The position numbers and the translations under genes are program-made. Under the pieces are notes generated by a model. That model searched no databases. It was not told the DNA's origin and saw nothing but the letters and a program-made list of their open reading frames with translations. Below, piece after piece: positions 51,085 to 64,000 of a stretch of 64,000 nt of DNA (position 1 is its first letter; each line of letters opens with the position of its first letter). The DNA comes from Stylophora pistillata. Its lineage: Eukaryota. The stretch is taken from contig NW_019217930.1 of assembly GCF_002571385.2 (NCBI RefSeq), forward strand, positions 372,159 to 436,158. The letters run 5' to 3'.

Positions 51085-52116
51085 AGCCGATCTTCTAAGT
51101 GTAGTGGACTATTACACGGTTTGAGTTTTGTCTCAGGTTTCCTCACGTTTGCTTGTTGTTTTCCTGGTTTATAAAAAGTCACGTTCGGATTGGATGCTAT
51201 TTTAGTTCTTACTTTGTTTTCCATATAAATTAAATTATTCCGTTGTTTTCAACATAAACGTTTTTCTCCTTTCAATAAATCTCCGTCAGGTACGAGAACT
51301 GTCTTTGTCACCATTAAATTTTCGTTTCCGTAATTTCGAATCAATCAAACTGACCATCAACAATGAAGAGTTGACATGGAATATATCAGTATTTTTTTTG
51401 ACAGAAGTGAAGCGAATTTTAAGTTCTTAAACTGTACGGTGTATAGTATATTCGCAGTCACCATAACAACGATTATCAGTGCAGATTTTTCACATCAATG
51501 AAATTGCAGTGATAAATGTTGGTACTTTTGTAGATAGCGAGGGGTTCGTTTGTTTCCCTCAACATCTGCAATTTTCTCTGATTGTGGGTTTGGTTTCTTG
51601 TATATTTATGCCCTCATATTGAGCATTGTATAACGATAGTGCTAGAGGTTATTGTAAATGAAGTTTCTTTACGAAATTGCAAAGGGACCTGTCGTTCTTT
51701 ATCGTTTTGCGTTTTGATTGTGTCACAATGATTTACCAGATCCTTACCTAAGGCCCTGTAGGATACTTATGATTCCCCTTCATTGACACTCGATATTCTG
51801 TATTCCCCCCTTTTTAAAAACTGTGTTGGAGACGAGTGAGACTCGCTCCCAGGGCTACCCCTGAAAACCAAAAAACCACCGCCCCACCCACTCCCTGGCA
51901 ATAAATAAGGACTGGTCCCTGAGGTCATAAGAAGTAAAGTGGCAAAGTGGCAAACAGTGCAGATAATTTATTCATAGATCTTGTGAAAGAGTGAAAGGGT
52001 GCATCTAGGTACATGTAAGTAAGCGAGTTCAGAGATCGCTACACTCCGGCAGACCTCGTATCCATTCCTCTACCCCAACTTGTTATTTTATCCACCAAAC
52101 TGAGACTGCTGATAAA

Positions 52117-55100
52117 TTACAAAGGGGAGACCATAAACTTCGATGTATCGTTGTCATTGAGTTCCACATTGTAGTTGTCATCTTCCAAAGTGTTTTGGTT
52201 GATTCTCCTCCGGGCGAAAAACAGCTGGTAGGTGCACGTTGCTAGGAGACCGCCAACAATAGGTGCCACCCAGTAAATCTATAAAAAAACATGTTTTTGT
52301 CAGTCCACATAGCCCACTGAATATTGATATTTATAACAATACTCCTTAAACTGAAGATTTCGACTTTCGAGAAAGTAGAAATGCACTGTTTTTCAGCCTC
52401 AAACCTCCCCATTGTGTTTTCAAGAACTAAAAGAAAGCAAGGGACAAATTTTCTGGAATCACCGAAAATTCCAGAGAAGAGAGCTTCAAAAAACAGGGGC
52501 GGGGCATAGGGCCAAAATCACCACCGGGATAAAAACTGTATCCCGAGCGATACATTTTAATTATGCAGGGTCCTGTCATTACTAATCAGCCAATCACAAT
52601 CGTTTGTCTATTGATTGAATAACTCACCCAATGGTCTCTCCACAAATTCATAACAACGGCAGGACCAAGGGAACGAGCTGGATTCAAACTGGCTCCAGAT
52701 GAAGGGATCTGCAATATGAGTCAGTGCAAGAGTTATATGTGTATATCTTTCCAAATCTTCAAGATTATGAATGGCATTTCTCTTCTCCTATACCTTACAA
52801 AGCTAGAAACAAGTCAAGCTCTGAGAAGATATGGCGATTCTTTTTCTCTTAGTTGCTCAGGCTTCGATATATGTTATCTACCCTAATCTTCTAATGTAAC
52901 GTACACGTGCTGGAGCTGTTGCTTACCCCATGCATCAGACAAATGAACACACAAATTCCTATGGCCAGCGGTACCCCATATCCTGCCATGTCTCTGTTGG
53001 GGTCAGTCGCAGCGAATATCACAAAAACCAATATGAAAGTCAACATGAGTTCCACTCCAAACGCCTGCGCAGTAGTGACACCATTTGAAGGAGCTGTAAC
53101 ACCCAATGAACCAACAGAGTCATTTGGGGTTAGGTAGAAAACTATAGCTGCTCCACAAATAGCTACAAAATAACAGAAAACAAAGAAATTGATCAGATGG
53201 ACCATCATTTGAAGATCTAGAGTATTTATAAAGCTGTGTCAGTTTTCACCAGTCTTTGTCTTAAAGACAATGTCCAGCTGCCGTCTCTTTCAAGGCTACT
53301 GTTACAGCTCTAAATGGGGTAAATTTCTCAAGAAACTGTGGTGCTGCGTATGGTGGGGGTAGGGGTGGGGGTATTTGGTTTTATCAACTGAGTTGATTAC
53401 GTTAATTGGCCGCCACAGAGAGTTTCTGGAGCTAAAGTTTCAAGCCTTAACCGGCCCTCTTCAGAACGAAACAAAGACGCTCGAAACGTCCCCTGTTTAG
53501 GTTCGTTCCTTTTTACAATCTGAGTCGAGGAGCCTTCTCTTAATGTCTTAAGTAAAGCACAGCTTGAAAAATGGAACGGATAGGTGAATTTTTTCCGCTC
53601 CTTGAATGTATCATGTTGTGTCTTTGCTGGGTAAAATTAAGTCAGCTGTCACTTGACTTTTTCTTTCTTGTATTTGTCCAGATTTGGTCACCCGGTCGAG
53701 TGACTTTCTTTTGACAAATGAGCTCCGCCTTACTTTAAGGCCGCTGTATGTGATTGATAGGTGGATGTCTAAAGTGTTGGTCGGCTGTGTTAGAAGATTG
53801 TCGAAACCACAAAATATTTTATACATATCCATGCTCTTCAATCCTATTATAGCTAGTCTGAATAAGAATATCATGGGGAAGATATTGGACTTGGCGCAAA
53901 GCTAAGATTAAAAGTTGCGTATTTAGGGTCAAGGCGGCAGCGGCATAGTGGATGTCAATCAGCAAAAAGAAACTTCTGTGAAAAAATAAAAACTGTTTAG
54001 AATACAAAAATTGTTTGCTTTGTTCTCATGAAGGATAAATCTGAATTTTCGGGGCCAGAATTCTTTGAAAAGACAAGCTTGGCAATTTTTAGCAATTTTG
54101 AACCGGCGCAGTTGAAAATAGGCCTTTGAGTGTAGAAGCGATTTTCGTTCTGCTAAAATGTTTTTCTATAATATATGGAAAAATCAAGTTGGTCTGGACT
54201 ATTCTGTAGAAGCCGTTTGAACTGTAATGTCGTCCATGTTTTTGACTCAACCATACTGTAAGTTGTTTTTTCTGTGAGCGAAAACTCCATATATTTCAAC
54301 CATGGACGAAAAACGTTTTGGGCGATAAACCTGTGTATTAGATGTGAAGTCCTTAATTTTATCATATTTTCCGGTGTTCTAGCAATTTTAATTAAGTACC
54401 GCATGAATGATTGTGGTATGTTATTGATTTGGATCAAGGCTAAACAATTTTCTCAAGATACCAAGACTAATAAAGCTGGATTTTTATTTCANAACGGCCT
54501 GCTCCCAGTTGGCTTGTTAGCTCAATTGGTAGAGCGCTGCACTAGTATCGCAGAGGTCAGTGGTTCGAATCCCGTACAGGCCTGATTTTTTTCAGGTCTG
54601 ATTTTCGCTATTGCTTAAATAGCGCTATCTACTGCGAGGATCGTGCATCATACGTATCTAATACCGCAGTTCAAAATATATGAACTTCATATATTTCATT
54701 GTATCTGATTTATCACTTTCACGGGTTTATTACGAATCAACTTAACGGCCTGCTCCCAGTTGGCTTGTTAGCTCAATTGGTAGAGCGCTGCACTAGTATC
54801 GCAGAGGTCAGTGGTTCGAATCCCGTACAGGCCTGATTTTTTTCAGGTCTGATTTTCGCTATTGCTTAAATAGCGCTATCTACTGCGAGGATCGTGCATC
54901 ATACGTAAGGTAAATTTTTATTTGTTACTTCTCAAATTTATCGACGTGTTTCTGCATAAACTAAGATGAGAAGTCGCTCTACGCATGGTGCTTTATTCTT
55001 TCCCTTACGTATTATGAGAGACCATGGACGAAAAACGTTTTGGGCCATAAACCTGTGTATTAGATGTGAAGTCCTTAATTTTATCATATTTTCCGGTGTT

Positions 55101-56864
55101 CTAGCAATTTTAATTAAGTACCGCATGAATGATTGTGGTATGTTATTGATTTGGATCAAGGCTAAACAATTTACTCAAGATACCAAGACTAATAAAGCTG
55201 GATTTTTATTTCAAAGTACATTCAGTAAAATGACAGCCCGTCTTTGGCTTAGTACCAGCAGGTTAACGGGGCTGAAAAAGTTTTCTGTCTTTAAAATTTG
55301 GTCGACAAGGACATATATTGTACTTCTTTGTTTAGCCAAGTAGAAGTTTGTCTTTTGAACCTTTTACGTTGTCGTTCGACTGACAAAGCTGCTAGAGACG
55401 AAGCGGTTTGCGATGCGTACCGGTCTGGCGGAGGTGCTTATCGAGCAACAAATACATGAGGGCCAGGTCACAGTATATTTGTGGTCATAGCAAATAGATA
55501 ATAGACACTCCTATCATATTTAGTCGAAGAGAGTGATCATATTTAGTTGAAGAAAGAGACGATAAAAGTCGGGCAGTAATCGAAGATAAAAACAACTGTG
55601 CTGCAGGTTTTGTTAGGAGCACCCCGACCGTAGGCAATCTCTTTGTTCAGTCACATCCAGTGTCTAAGTCAGTTAATTACACCGCTGTAGGAAGAAAAAG
55701 GTTTTGGATATATCAACAAAGTTGAAATGGTAAATTGGCCACCGTAATGATTACAAAAGCTGACGTTTCGAGCGTTAGCCCTTCGTCGGAGCGAAGGTTT
55801 GTTTGTTTTCCAATAAATTTTTTGGTCAGAAATCTCAAATTATCTTATGCGAATCAATCTGTTTCTCAACCGCAATTTGGTAAAAGATCTCGTAACAAAT
55901 TTTGATATCACGGTGTTTCATTTCATAAGAGTAGTCATTTCCTTACCTTCGCTTAAATGATTACACAACATAAATTAATCCCGCAAGGGATTTTTTCTTT
56001 GTTTTCGCGCTTAAGTGATTCTTTGTCATTCTTTCGTTCATTACAATCAATTTAGTTTCAAAACTAAATCCAAGGTAGCTAGGTGTGATGTCCAAGCAAT
56101 ACATGAGTATACGAGCAACCTTTCGGTGGCAGCTCAAACACATAGCAGAATCACATGTGTAGAATGATAGAACGGCCGGGTTGAATATCTTTAATGTAAA
56201 TGTCACAAGCACTCTGCACTGTCACGATATGACTATTCAAGTGTTAGCATTTAATTCTGGCTCACAAAAGATGGTTAATAACATAAATAATAAAAGCTTT
56301 ACTTAAATCCAGCTGCAAGCAGTTTGGCTGATTGATCAATAGAAGTAGACTCGCAGTGGAAGGGGGCGTGAAGACCTAGTGAAATCTAAAATCCATACCG
56401 TTCGAAGTGTTAAGAGCTGCTTTCAAATAAATTGAAAATCTATTCAGTTAATTTTAAACGCTTCAAACTGTTTATCGTTCTTGCTCTAAAGAAGCGCTAG
56501 AACCAGTATCTACGTGCACCCTTACCCAGTCCACAAACAGTGTCAATTACACCTTACCTCCAGCTCACTGAGCAATGATGAAAAACACAGCTTTTAAGAC
56601 TGAAACCCTTCCAACTGCCATCATACTGATGGTCACGGCTGGGTTAAGCTGTCCTCCCGAAATGTGAAACACCGCCATCGCTAAGGTCGCTATACTTAGT
56701 CCATGACTGAAAGCAATGTGTATAACGGATGGTGGTGTGTTATTCCACGGTAACACTGTGCCACAGACCATGAACAGGAACAAAAGTGTGGCCAAAAATT
56801 CCGCGAAGACTTCGGTCCACAATTTGCGAGAGCGGAATTCCATTTTCCCATCGCGGAGAAACAT
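52117..56864 (-). CDS. Aquaporin paralog B with in-frame TGA at 56565-56567; exons 56558-56864, 52927-53162, 52628-52708, 52117-52278
   Basis: [43 protein letters not shown] and HWIYWVAP motifs. All splice sites and downstream exons are intact. Could be a pseudogene or null allele. Confidence 0.85.
54493..54906 (+). repeat. Tandem array (~1.6 x 251 bp) of tRNA-Thr(AGT)-like unit, subfamily A, in aquaporin B intron 1
   Basis: Matches unit 1 of the 1-753 array; cores at 54511-54583 and 54762-54834. Starts right after the N at 54492. Confidence 0.93.
55702..55795 (-). mobile_element. Penelope-like fragment with type I hammerhead motif
   Basis: Minus strand GCT-CCGACGA-AGGGC-TAAC-GCTC-GAAAC-GTC-AGC. 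Confidence 0.75.
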
Positions 56865-57555
56865 ATCGAAACTACTTGTTCTTTTCAAGAGTTAAAGAGA
56901 GACTGTCACTTGCCTAATGTCTATGACGAAAATTTCCGTTGATGTTTAACTGACTTACACAACACCAAACATCACCCGATCACCCGATCATGGAAACGAT
57001 AATTTATTTTGTAACCAAGCCTGGCTGGTCGAGGACCGCTGAGTGGGGTGTGCTCCTTTTTTAAACCTCATAGAAGTCACAAACGCATGCGTAGCACAAA
57101 GGGGCGTACTATGGTAACGGATATTGCAGAAGGTACTGGTGAGTCCATCAAACCATCATTGATTATGAAAGCCGACAAGAATCAACGGTGGGCGCTGACC
57201 GTCCATGCATAATTCCACGCGTATTGCGTGGAAAAATGAAGGGAATGTTTTTGCCGGTCAGATTGTTCAAGATAGAATGCTTGAAACATTCTGCGATCAA
57301 GTGCAAAAAAGCTTCACAAAAATCTACTGAAGAAAAAGCTCTTCCGTATTCTTGACCACTGCATCAATAATTTTGTTCAAAGACTCAAAGAGTCACAACT
57401 TAACAAGAGGGGTTCATATCCCTTCCTAGAGGTCATTAAGTCCTAAGTGGGTTTTCAAGACCAATGTAGGAAAAAAGCAAACAGACAACTGTGCATGAAA
57501 ATGAACCGACAAGGAACTCAAAGAGCACGAATAAGATCCGTTATATTACAAATGT

Positions 57556-57809
57556 AATAATTTGGATATATCAACAAAGTTGAAATGGTAAATTGGCCAC
57601 CGTAACGATTACAAAAGCTGAAGTTTCGAGCGTGAATGAAGGCTTAGACATTCGCTCCGACGAAGGGCTAACGCTCGAAACGACAGCTTTTATAACCGTA
57701 TCGGTGGCCAATTTACCATTTCAACTTTTTTGATATATCCAAATTATTTCGTTACTCCCACCGACGCAGCCCCAAAGAGTTTCTTTCGAAACTATCAGCC
57801 TTTATTCAT
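57556..57809. mobile_element. Penelope-like insertion with inverted terminal duplication and 15-bp TSD
   Basis: 57557-57633 is inverted relative to ~57671-57747. Hammerhead-like CCGACGA-AGGGCTAACGCTC-GAAAC-GAC at ~57652-57687. Flanked by TTATATTACAAATGT / TTATATTGCAAATGT. Confidence 0.8.
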
Positions 57810-59553
57810 TTATATTGCAAATGTGGTCGGCGGGATCGTCAGAATGTTTAGAACAATGGTAATAATCATGATAATGATAGTAATTTAATCAAACGCCAGT
57901 GGTTTTGCGTGGTCTGTACTCTCATCGACAACGATATCCGCCATCACAGTGGTCGATTTGTTTTTAACCACAATATCGACATAAAGTTTCCGAGTCAGCC
58001 ATGTTTTAGGCATTGCGTGACGGGATGACGCGAGCAGCGTTGTCTGTACCCCTATCAACAACGGAAGAGTGGCCAATCATTTTGCGACGTTACTGCCATT
58101 ATGGTGAAAAGAAATATTGACAAAATTGCTAATTATTATAATGACAATGATAATGATGATCATATGGATAGTGAATTTGATGATAATAAGACCAACAGAC
58201 CAAGCAGAAACCTGAGCAAAAAAGGAGAAGACGAAGAAAACAAAGCGTAACAAAAAAAAGGGGGGTTACAGACTGGATTTAGGGTTCGACAAAGAGTTCG
58301 CTACTCAAGATTACAAGATAAGTGCCCTAGCCTAAATGGTCATGATTCACCAAATATAGATCCCGCAGGAATTTTGAAATTTTTATTTCCTTATTCATGA
58401 ATAAAGTCTATGATAATGAAATACATGAAAAATGTCTCAAAATCATGATGCTAAAACATCAGGCTAGGTCCTAAGAGGCTGGACGTATATCAACTTCGAA
58501 CCGTAATTAAGCTTATAATTACCCAATCAATTAACCTTATTCTTCACATGAGAAACGCTAGCGCACAACCATTGCAGTTAAAACAAGAATATGATATACT
58601 TTCTGCCACAACTATAGCTACTTCTACTAAAGTAGCTTATGCAAATGGTTTAAAAAACTGGTTATAAAGTATAAAATTAGGCTCGCAACGGGACTAGAAA
58701 TCTTGCTCTTCGTCATTCACAGGCCTGATTGGTAATTTTCCTTTCTAGCTACTTTAATTTTCTTTGTAAGGTGAAAAAGAGAAATAGGTATTACAGATAA
58801 AAACTCATTAGCTAGTATGTCTGTCGTAGCAAGATGTATCGATGCTGTAAAGATAAGATACACGAAAATCGCTTCTGGGAATTTAAGGTGCAGATTGTCA
58901 TCACTCTCTGGAACCTATCCTCAAAAGACGCTCATAAATGTACCTGTGTATTAAAGGCTCAAGAAATTCTCAGAACAATAGATGGTAAGTTGAACAAATC
59001 GCTAAAATCTAGCTACCAATGGAAACTCAGTTACTGACAGATCCTAATCAAGGTGTTTCTCCAAGGTTTACAAAATAACACGACAAGCGTGAAAACATTT
59101 TTGCTTTGTGCATACAAAGATAAACATTTCTCAGCTCAGAACGCAAGAGGAAAATGTACGCTAAGTTCGCTAAGTTGTGATAACACTAAAAAAATGGCCA
59201 CCTTAAGTTCTTTTTATTCTAGTGCACGTCAAAAGAATCGTTTTTCTTTAACAGGCCCCTTCGATATTTAAAATTCTAAATCGCTGCTATTCTCTTTACA
59301 AAAATTCTTATAATCATGATTACCCAAGGCCTCTTACGTACTTTTTGCGCATAAAAGAGATTCATTTGAAAGAAGGCCCATTTAACATTAATTACAAAAT
59401 CACTTATGTCTCTTTCTTTTTCAAACCTCTAATAGCAATACCTAGAAAAGCTACTTTAATACAAGCCACAACCTTTTATATGCTGCTTGAGTACTGCAAG
59501 TAAGCGTTCTTGAGAAAGTCGCATTTTAAGCGATGATATTACTCCTTCACAGT

Positions 59554-62500
59554 TCAGAGCTTGGAATCTGGATAGTTGTCCAGTTCACTCACAGAACCAG
59601 CTGTTGGGCCTTGTTCTTGCCTCGCTCGAAATATCACCTGATACAGAACTGCTGCAATTAACCCTCCTCCAATTGGACCAACCCAATACACCTGCAAAAC
59701 CAAATCAGTGTAAATTTCAACGATGAAAATCTCTTGTTCCGTTTGAAGGTGGCCTCCTACACCTTTTTCTTATAGAACTCCGCAACAAGTGAGATGTCCT
59801 CTTTTGGTCGGCAATGCGTACGAGATGATGCATCTCTTTCACTATTATGATTTACAATTGAATCTTTTTCTTTCTTACAAACATTTCCTATTTATAGGTG
59901 AGTGGCCACAAGGACTTTAGAGTCCCACCTGACCACCTTCTGCACGCTATGCAGCAAAACAAGCAGTAGCTAAAGGTAAAGCTTGGTATATTTTTATGTT
60001 ACTTTGATATATTGCCATGCTACTACCCAGGCGTTTCACAGACACTAAGAAACGAGCGCGAACCATATGGGACTGGTGACAAGCGCGAAGCAATCCCCCA
60101 CTCGAAAGGCCTTTTTTAGCGAAGAGAAGTTTCGATGCGAGACTGAATAATAGTTTCAGGCACTGTTACCTACCCAGTGGTTTTCCCAGATTTCGGATGT
60201 ATTCATGATCACAGCCGGACCAAATGAGCGAGCAGGATTAATGCCACATCCTGTAAAACCAATCTGAAAGAATAAGAGTGAGTGTGAGTAAAATAAGCTG
60301 GACCAGACTGAATGCGAAGATAAATCGTTTGCATCGAACTTCCTAAATCAAGGGATATGAAGCCATCAATTTTTTCCACTTACCCCAATGAAATGGCACA
60401 CAGCCACACAAAGGCCAATTGACAGAGGGACTTCGTATCCATAGTGATTCCTCTTGGGGTCCGTACTCGCGCACACAGTGAAGACCAGGAGAAATGTCAG
60501 CAAGATTTCAATACCGACTGCTTGGCCTGCAGTCACTTCGGGACCTGGGACAGTGGCGCCCAGAGTACCGCGTTTTGCCTCTGGTGTGATGTATTTTAAT
60601 ACTGCTGAGCCTACGATACCTGCCATGAAGAGGATAACAAAAATACATTGTTTTCAGACTTCAGTGAGCTCGATCTTTAATTTAATGCAAAATAGACTTG
60701 TAAAGACAAAGGAACTGACGCGTGTTAGCAAAAAGACACAAGCTAATGATAGAACGAAAAATGTTTCTAATTGACGTACATAAGTGTTTAACACAATCTT
60801 GGCAACCAAGGGTGCACGAGTTATACATTTTTTCTCTGAGCATTGGCAAGTGCGTCATATGAATAACTATCAAACGACACGCAGCACGCAGTTGTGGCAC
60901 ATTTACATGATTGCGTCGACGCATTGAAGTGTTGAGGGCTGTCAACCATTTCCCCCCTTCCGGCTATTCAGTTAACCGGGGGAGTGGGGAAGTAGTTTAT
61001 CGGAAGTTTAGAGTGGGTGTGTTGCTTCCACACAGGAAAAAGTCTAGTTTAGATTGCAGTGCACTGATGTTTAGCCTACACGTCGAAATTCCCAGATTTC
61101 AATTTCTTTCTCTGGACTAAACTGTTCGAGGTTCACACATTGTCACCAGTACACATCTACGTGGCCTACCCATTATAGCAGCTCTCCTTCTCCACCTCCC
61201 CCCTCGCCATGTCTAAGACAAACACGATTGTTCAATCTTAAGCTGCTAGAACGTCGAGGCCGAACGAATGTTACTTCCTTTGCAGTGTTAAATTAGGCAC
61301 TTGATGATATCTTAAGTACTGTTTCACACTTCACCAAAACTCATAAATCTTGTCCACTTGTAAAACTCATTACGAAGATGGCAAACATTCAGTAATTGAC
61401 AAAAAACCACCATTGTTCAAATCTGACCTTCAAATGGCAATGTCTCCGTTAGGAAAATTAACTACCACCCCGCTTTTGCTGGGTTCAACTTAAGTCATGT
61501 CAAATGACGGTTTAACTACAAAAGACAACAGAGGATGACAAATTGCTCCTTAATAAAGTCAGCATATGTCTGAATATGCCTGCAAGGAAAATTAGGCAAA
61601 GGAATATATATATATATATTTTTTTCTATTGTTTTGACTTGATCGAGCTTTCATCCAACAGGAAATAGTAACCATTTGCATCGCTGTTTTGCGTTCATGT
61701 TTTCATTCAACGTTTTTTCTTCCCTGGCAAAAATAACTAATCGAATTTCTCTAACATGTAAACAGTAAGTGATTGTCCGATGGAGACGGCTTGGCCCAAT
61801 AATCCTTTTTTTTTGGGGGGGGGGGGTGTGGAATAAATTGAGCTCTAGAAAGTACACGAAAATTTAACACGGCATGCATTGCGTTTGGCAGCCCTAACTT
61901 TAAGTTGCTTGTATGCCCTTGTTACATCAATGTTATTTACGAGCTTGCGGTTGAGTGCTAAAAGCACTCGAAATTTAGTCACGTTCGTTTCTATCGAGGC
62001 ATGTGAAATCATGTGGGCAATAATGACAGCTTTCTAAGCACAAAACATTCTAGACATTTTTTGAATTGATGCCAGTATGGTCTCACCAAATACCTGAAAT
62101 ATCATAAATATGCTTAACCTTTTACGATTTTCAGTGTTGATGTCTCATTTATGACGTAATCTGATGTGGCAGTGGCCGAAAAATGCCCAAACATTTACCA
62201 TAGTGAAACAATTTTGCTGAGTGAATTAAATAACACTCTCGTGGTTTTACAGGCAATTGAGCCGCCTGTACGCAAGATATCATATGACGTCTTAGGAAGT
62301 CTTGGTACTCGTGCTTGAGAAAGCATTGATCGAATGCCATTTGGTCAATTTCTTTGATCCAACGTAATATATTGTGAAGGCACCAGAAACATGTTGTATT
62401 GTATTTTTGTCGCCGTTTTCCCGATATTAATTAAAAACTGCAACCAAATTGAAAAGATAGTTATCTTTTCTCGTGATTGGAAAATTAGCAATCGACATTT

Positions 62501-63188
62501 GTATTAGTCTTAACTTTTGAGTGTGACAGTTTTGCGTTGGAGCCATTTTCTCCACGGCTCATGGTGGTAATACTTCTTTTTTGGCTTAGAAACAGCGTTT
62601 GGCGCATTCGTTTCTGTCCCGAAAGAGATTTTAATCTTTCGAGTCATTGGAGCGTGTGTAAGCAATAAAAACTAGTTGAGTAGCGAATGTCTGCGTCGGT
62701 TACATCGAAAAAATCTGACGACTTCTTCGAAACAACGAGTAGTTTCAACAGTTATGGTCGTTGCCTTTTTTTTACCATTAATTTAAGTCGTTCATGAAGG
62801 TTCTTCCTTTCCGCATCTATGAATGAAAAATTAAGGTTGGACAAAGTTGTTTACATCAAGAGTAATAGTTGCATTTAGTGTTCTTACCTCCGACCAGTTG
62901 AAAAATTACATAAGTTATCCCCCGAATTACTGACACTTTTTTGACGGCCATCATGGCAATGCTAACGGCGGGGTTGATATGCCCGCCACTGAGGTGCAAA
63001 CTGCACATCGCCAGGGTTGCAATGCTTAGTCCGAAACACAAAGAAATCAGCTCTGTCGACGGAGGGTGCATCGAATTCCATCTGATGGTTGTACCAGTTG
63101 TCAGGAAGATGAAAAAGAAAGTTGCGATCAGCTCCACCAGGGCACTGGCCCAAAAGTGACGGCTCTTCAGCTCCGACATTAGCATCAT
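59554..63188 (-). CDS. Aquaporin paralog A (classical AQP1/AQP4-like); exons 62888-63188, 60384-60619, 60174-60263, 59554-59691
   Basis: [51 protein letters not shown] and HWVYWVGP motifs; GT-AG introns. Confidence 0.94.
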
Positions 63189-64000
63189 CGTGGGTAGCGT
63201 TCTCTTTTGCGCCGCTTAAAAACGTGTCCAGCTCAGTATACTCGGTGTGACTATCTGGCAACGCTTCAGAGGTCTTGGCCCATTATATGTATGTTGATAT
63301 GCCCGCGTTCCTCCAAGTCTTTTGTTATGGAAATTAAGCACTAATTGCAGTAAAGAAAGAGCGAGAAGGTGTTAAAATTACTTTTACGTGCAGAAATGTC
63401 ATTTCTATTGCTACTGAGTAGCATTAGGCAGCATTAAAGAATCAAGAAAATTTCCTTAAAAGAGTAACCCAAAAGATACTTTTGAGGGCCTTCATTAAAG
63501 GGAGCATAAAACTCAACAGTGACCAATGGTTCAAGTCTCCCTTCTATGATAATGGTTTTTAAAACGAATGACTAGCGAGAACTGAGAAACTGATAGACAA
63601 ACAAGGACACATTGTCTTCAAACATTGCATGTGATTACTGAATACCAAAAACAAAAAAATAACAGAAAATACTTAATATGTCGCGCCTGAAATTGATTGA
63701 TTTAGCCACGCAAGCTGGATTTCGCTGGCTTGAGTTTTGAGCTCAATGGATGTTGGGCCGAATATTACTTTTAATAGAATATGTTGTGGTTCATGATCAT
63801 GGTTATATCGATACAAATAAACGTTTAATCGTTTACCTCGCAATGTAAAGAGTCAGGCTATAAATTGTATTAATGGTCGCCTGTCGAAGAAAAGCAGTAT
63901 TGCAGTCGAAACGTCCCAATCAATACAATTGATGGATACTACTTGTGGCTTGGCAGCCTTAAACTTGAGCAGCACAGAGAATAACTTTCTTTGTGTAATG

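Noticed and set aside
51900-52116. SECIS element for aquaporin B
   Set aside because: No AUGA...AA...GA kink-turn hairpin recognisable by eye; the only AUGA seen overlaps the polyA signal.
62962-63261. 99-aa overlapping ORF upstream of aquaporin A
   Set aside because: Starts at TTG, lies in an alternative frame of the aquaporin exon and has no recognisable homology.
63878-63920. Possible hammerhead (…GTCGAAGA…GTCGAAACGTC)
   Set aside because: The core and stems I/II are too degenerate to support a call.

Overview
Eukaryotic, intron-rich, AT-rich animal DNA. The gene set and repeat families suggest a cnidarian, probably a stony coral (inference). There are two N gaps (17080-17649, 32001-32448) and single Ns at 11899 and 54492. 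Spliced genes recognised by hand: the last two exons of CHFR (+); an uncharacterised, possibly decaying coiled-coil gene with a tandemly duplicated exon (-); an SLC16/MCT-family transporter (+) with an intronic tRNA-Arg(ACG); WASHC5/strumpellin (-) head-to-head with HAUS7 (+), start codons 75 bp apart; and three tandem 4-exon aquaporins (-) with different ar/R filters, one carrying an in-frame TGA at a position that is Cys in AQP1/AQP4. The repeats include a deleted hAT transposon, several MITEs, tRNA-derived SINEs and Penelope-type minimal hammerhead ribozyme elements. The most striking item is three intronic tandem arrays of a ~250-bp unit with an invariant tRNA-Thr(AGT)-like core and a spacer whose hairpins show compensatory changes between two subfamilies. 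This is a candidate structured, possibly circular-RNA-derived mobile RNA system. A diverged antisense copy of a WASHC5 exon also sits in the gene's own upstream intron.
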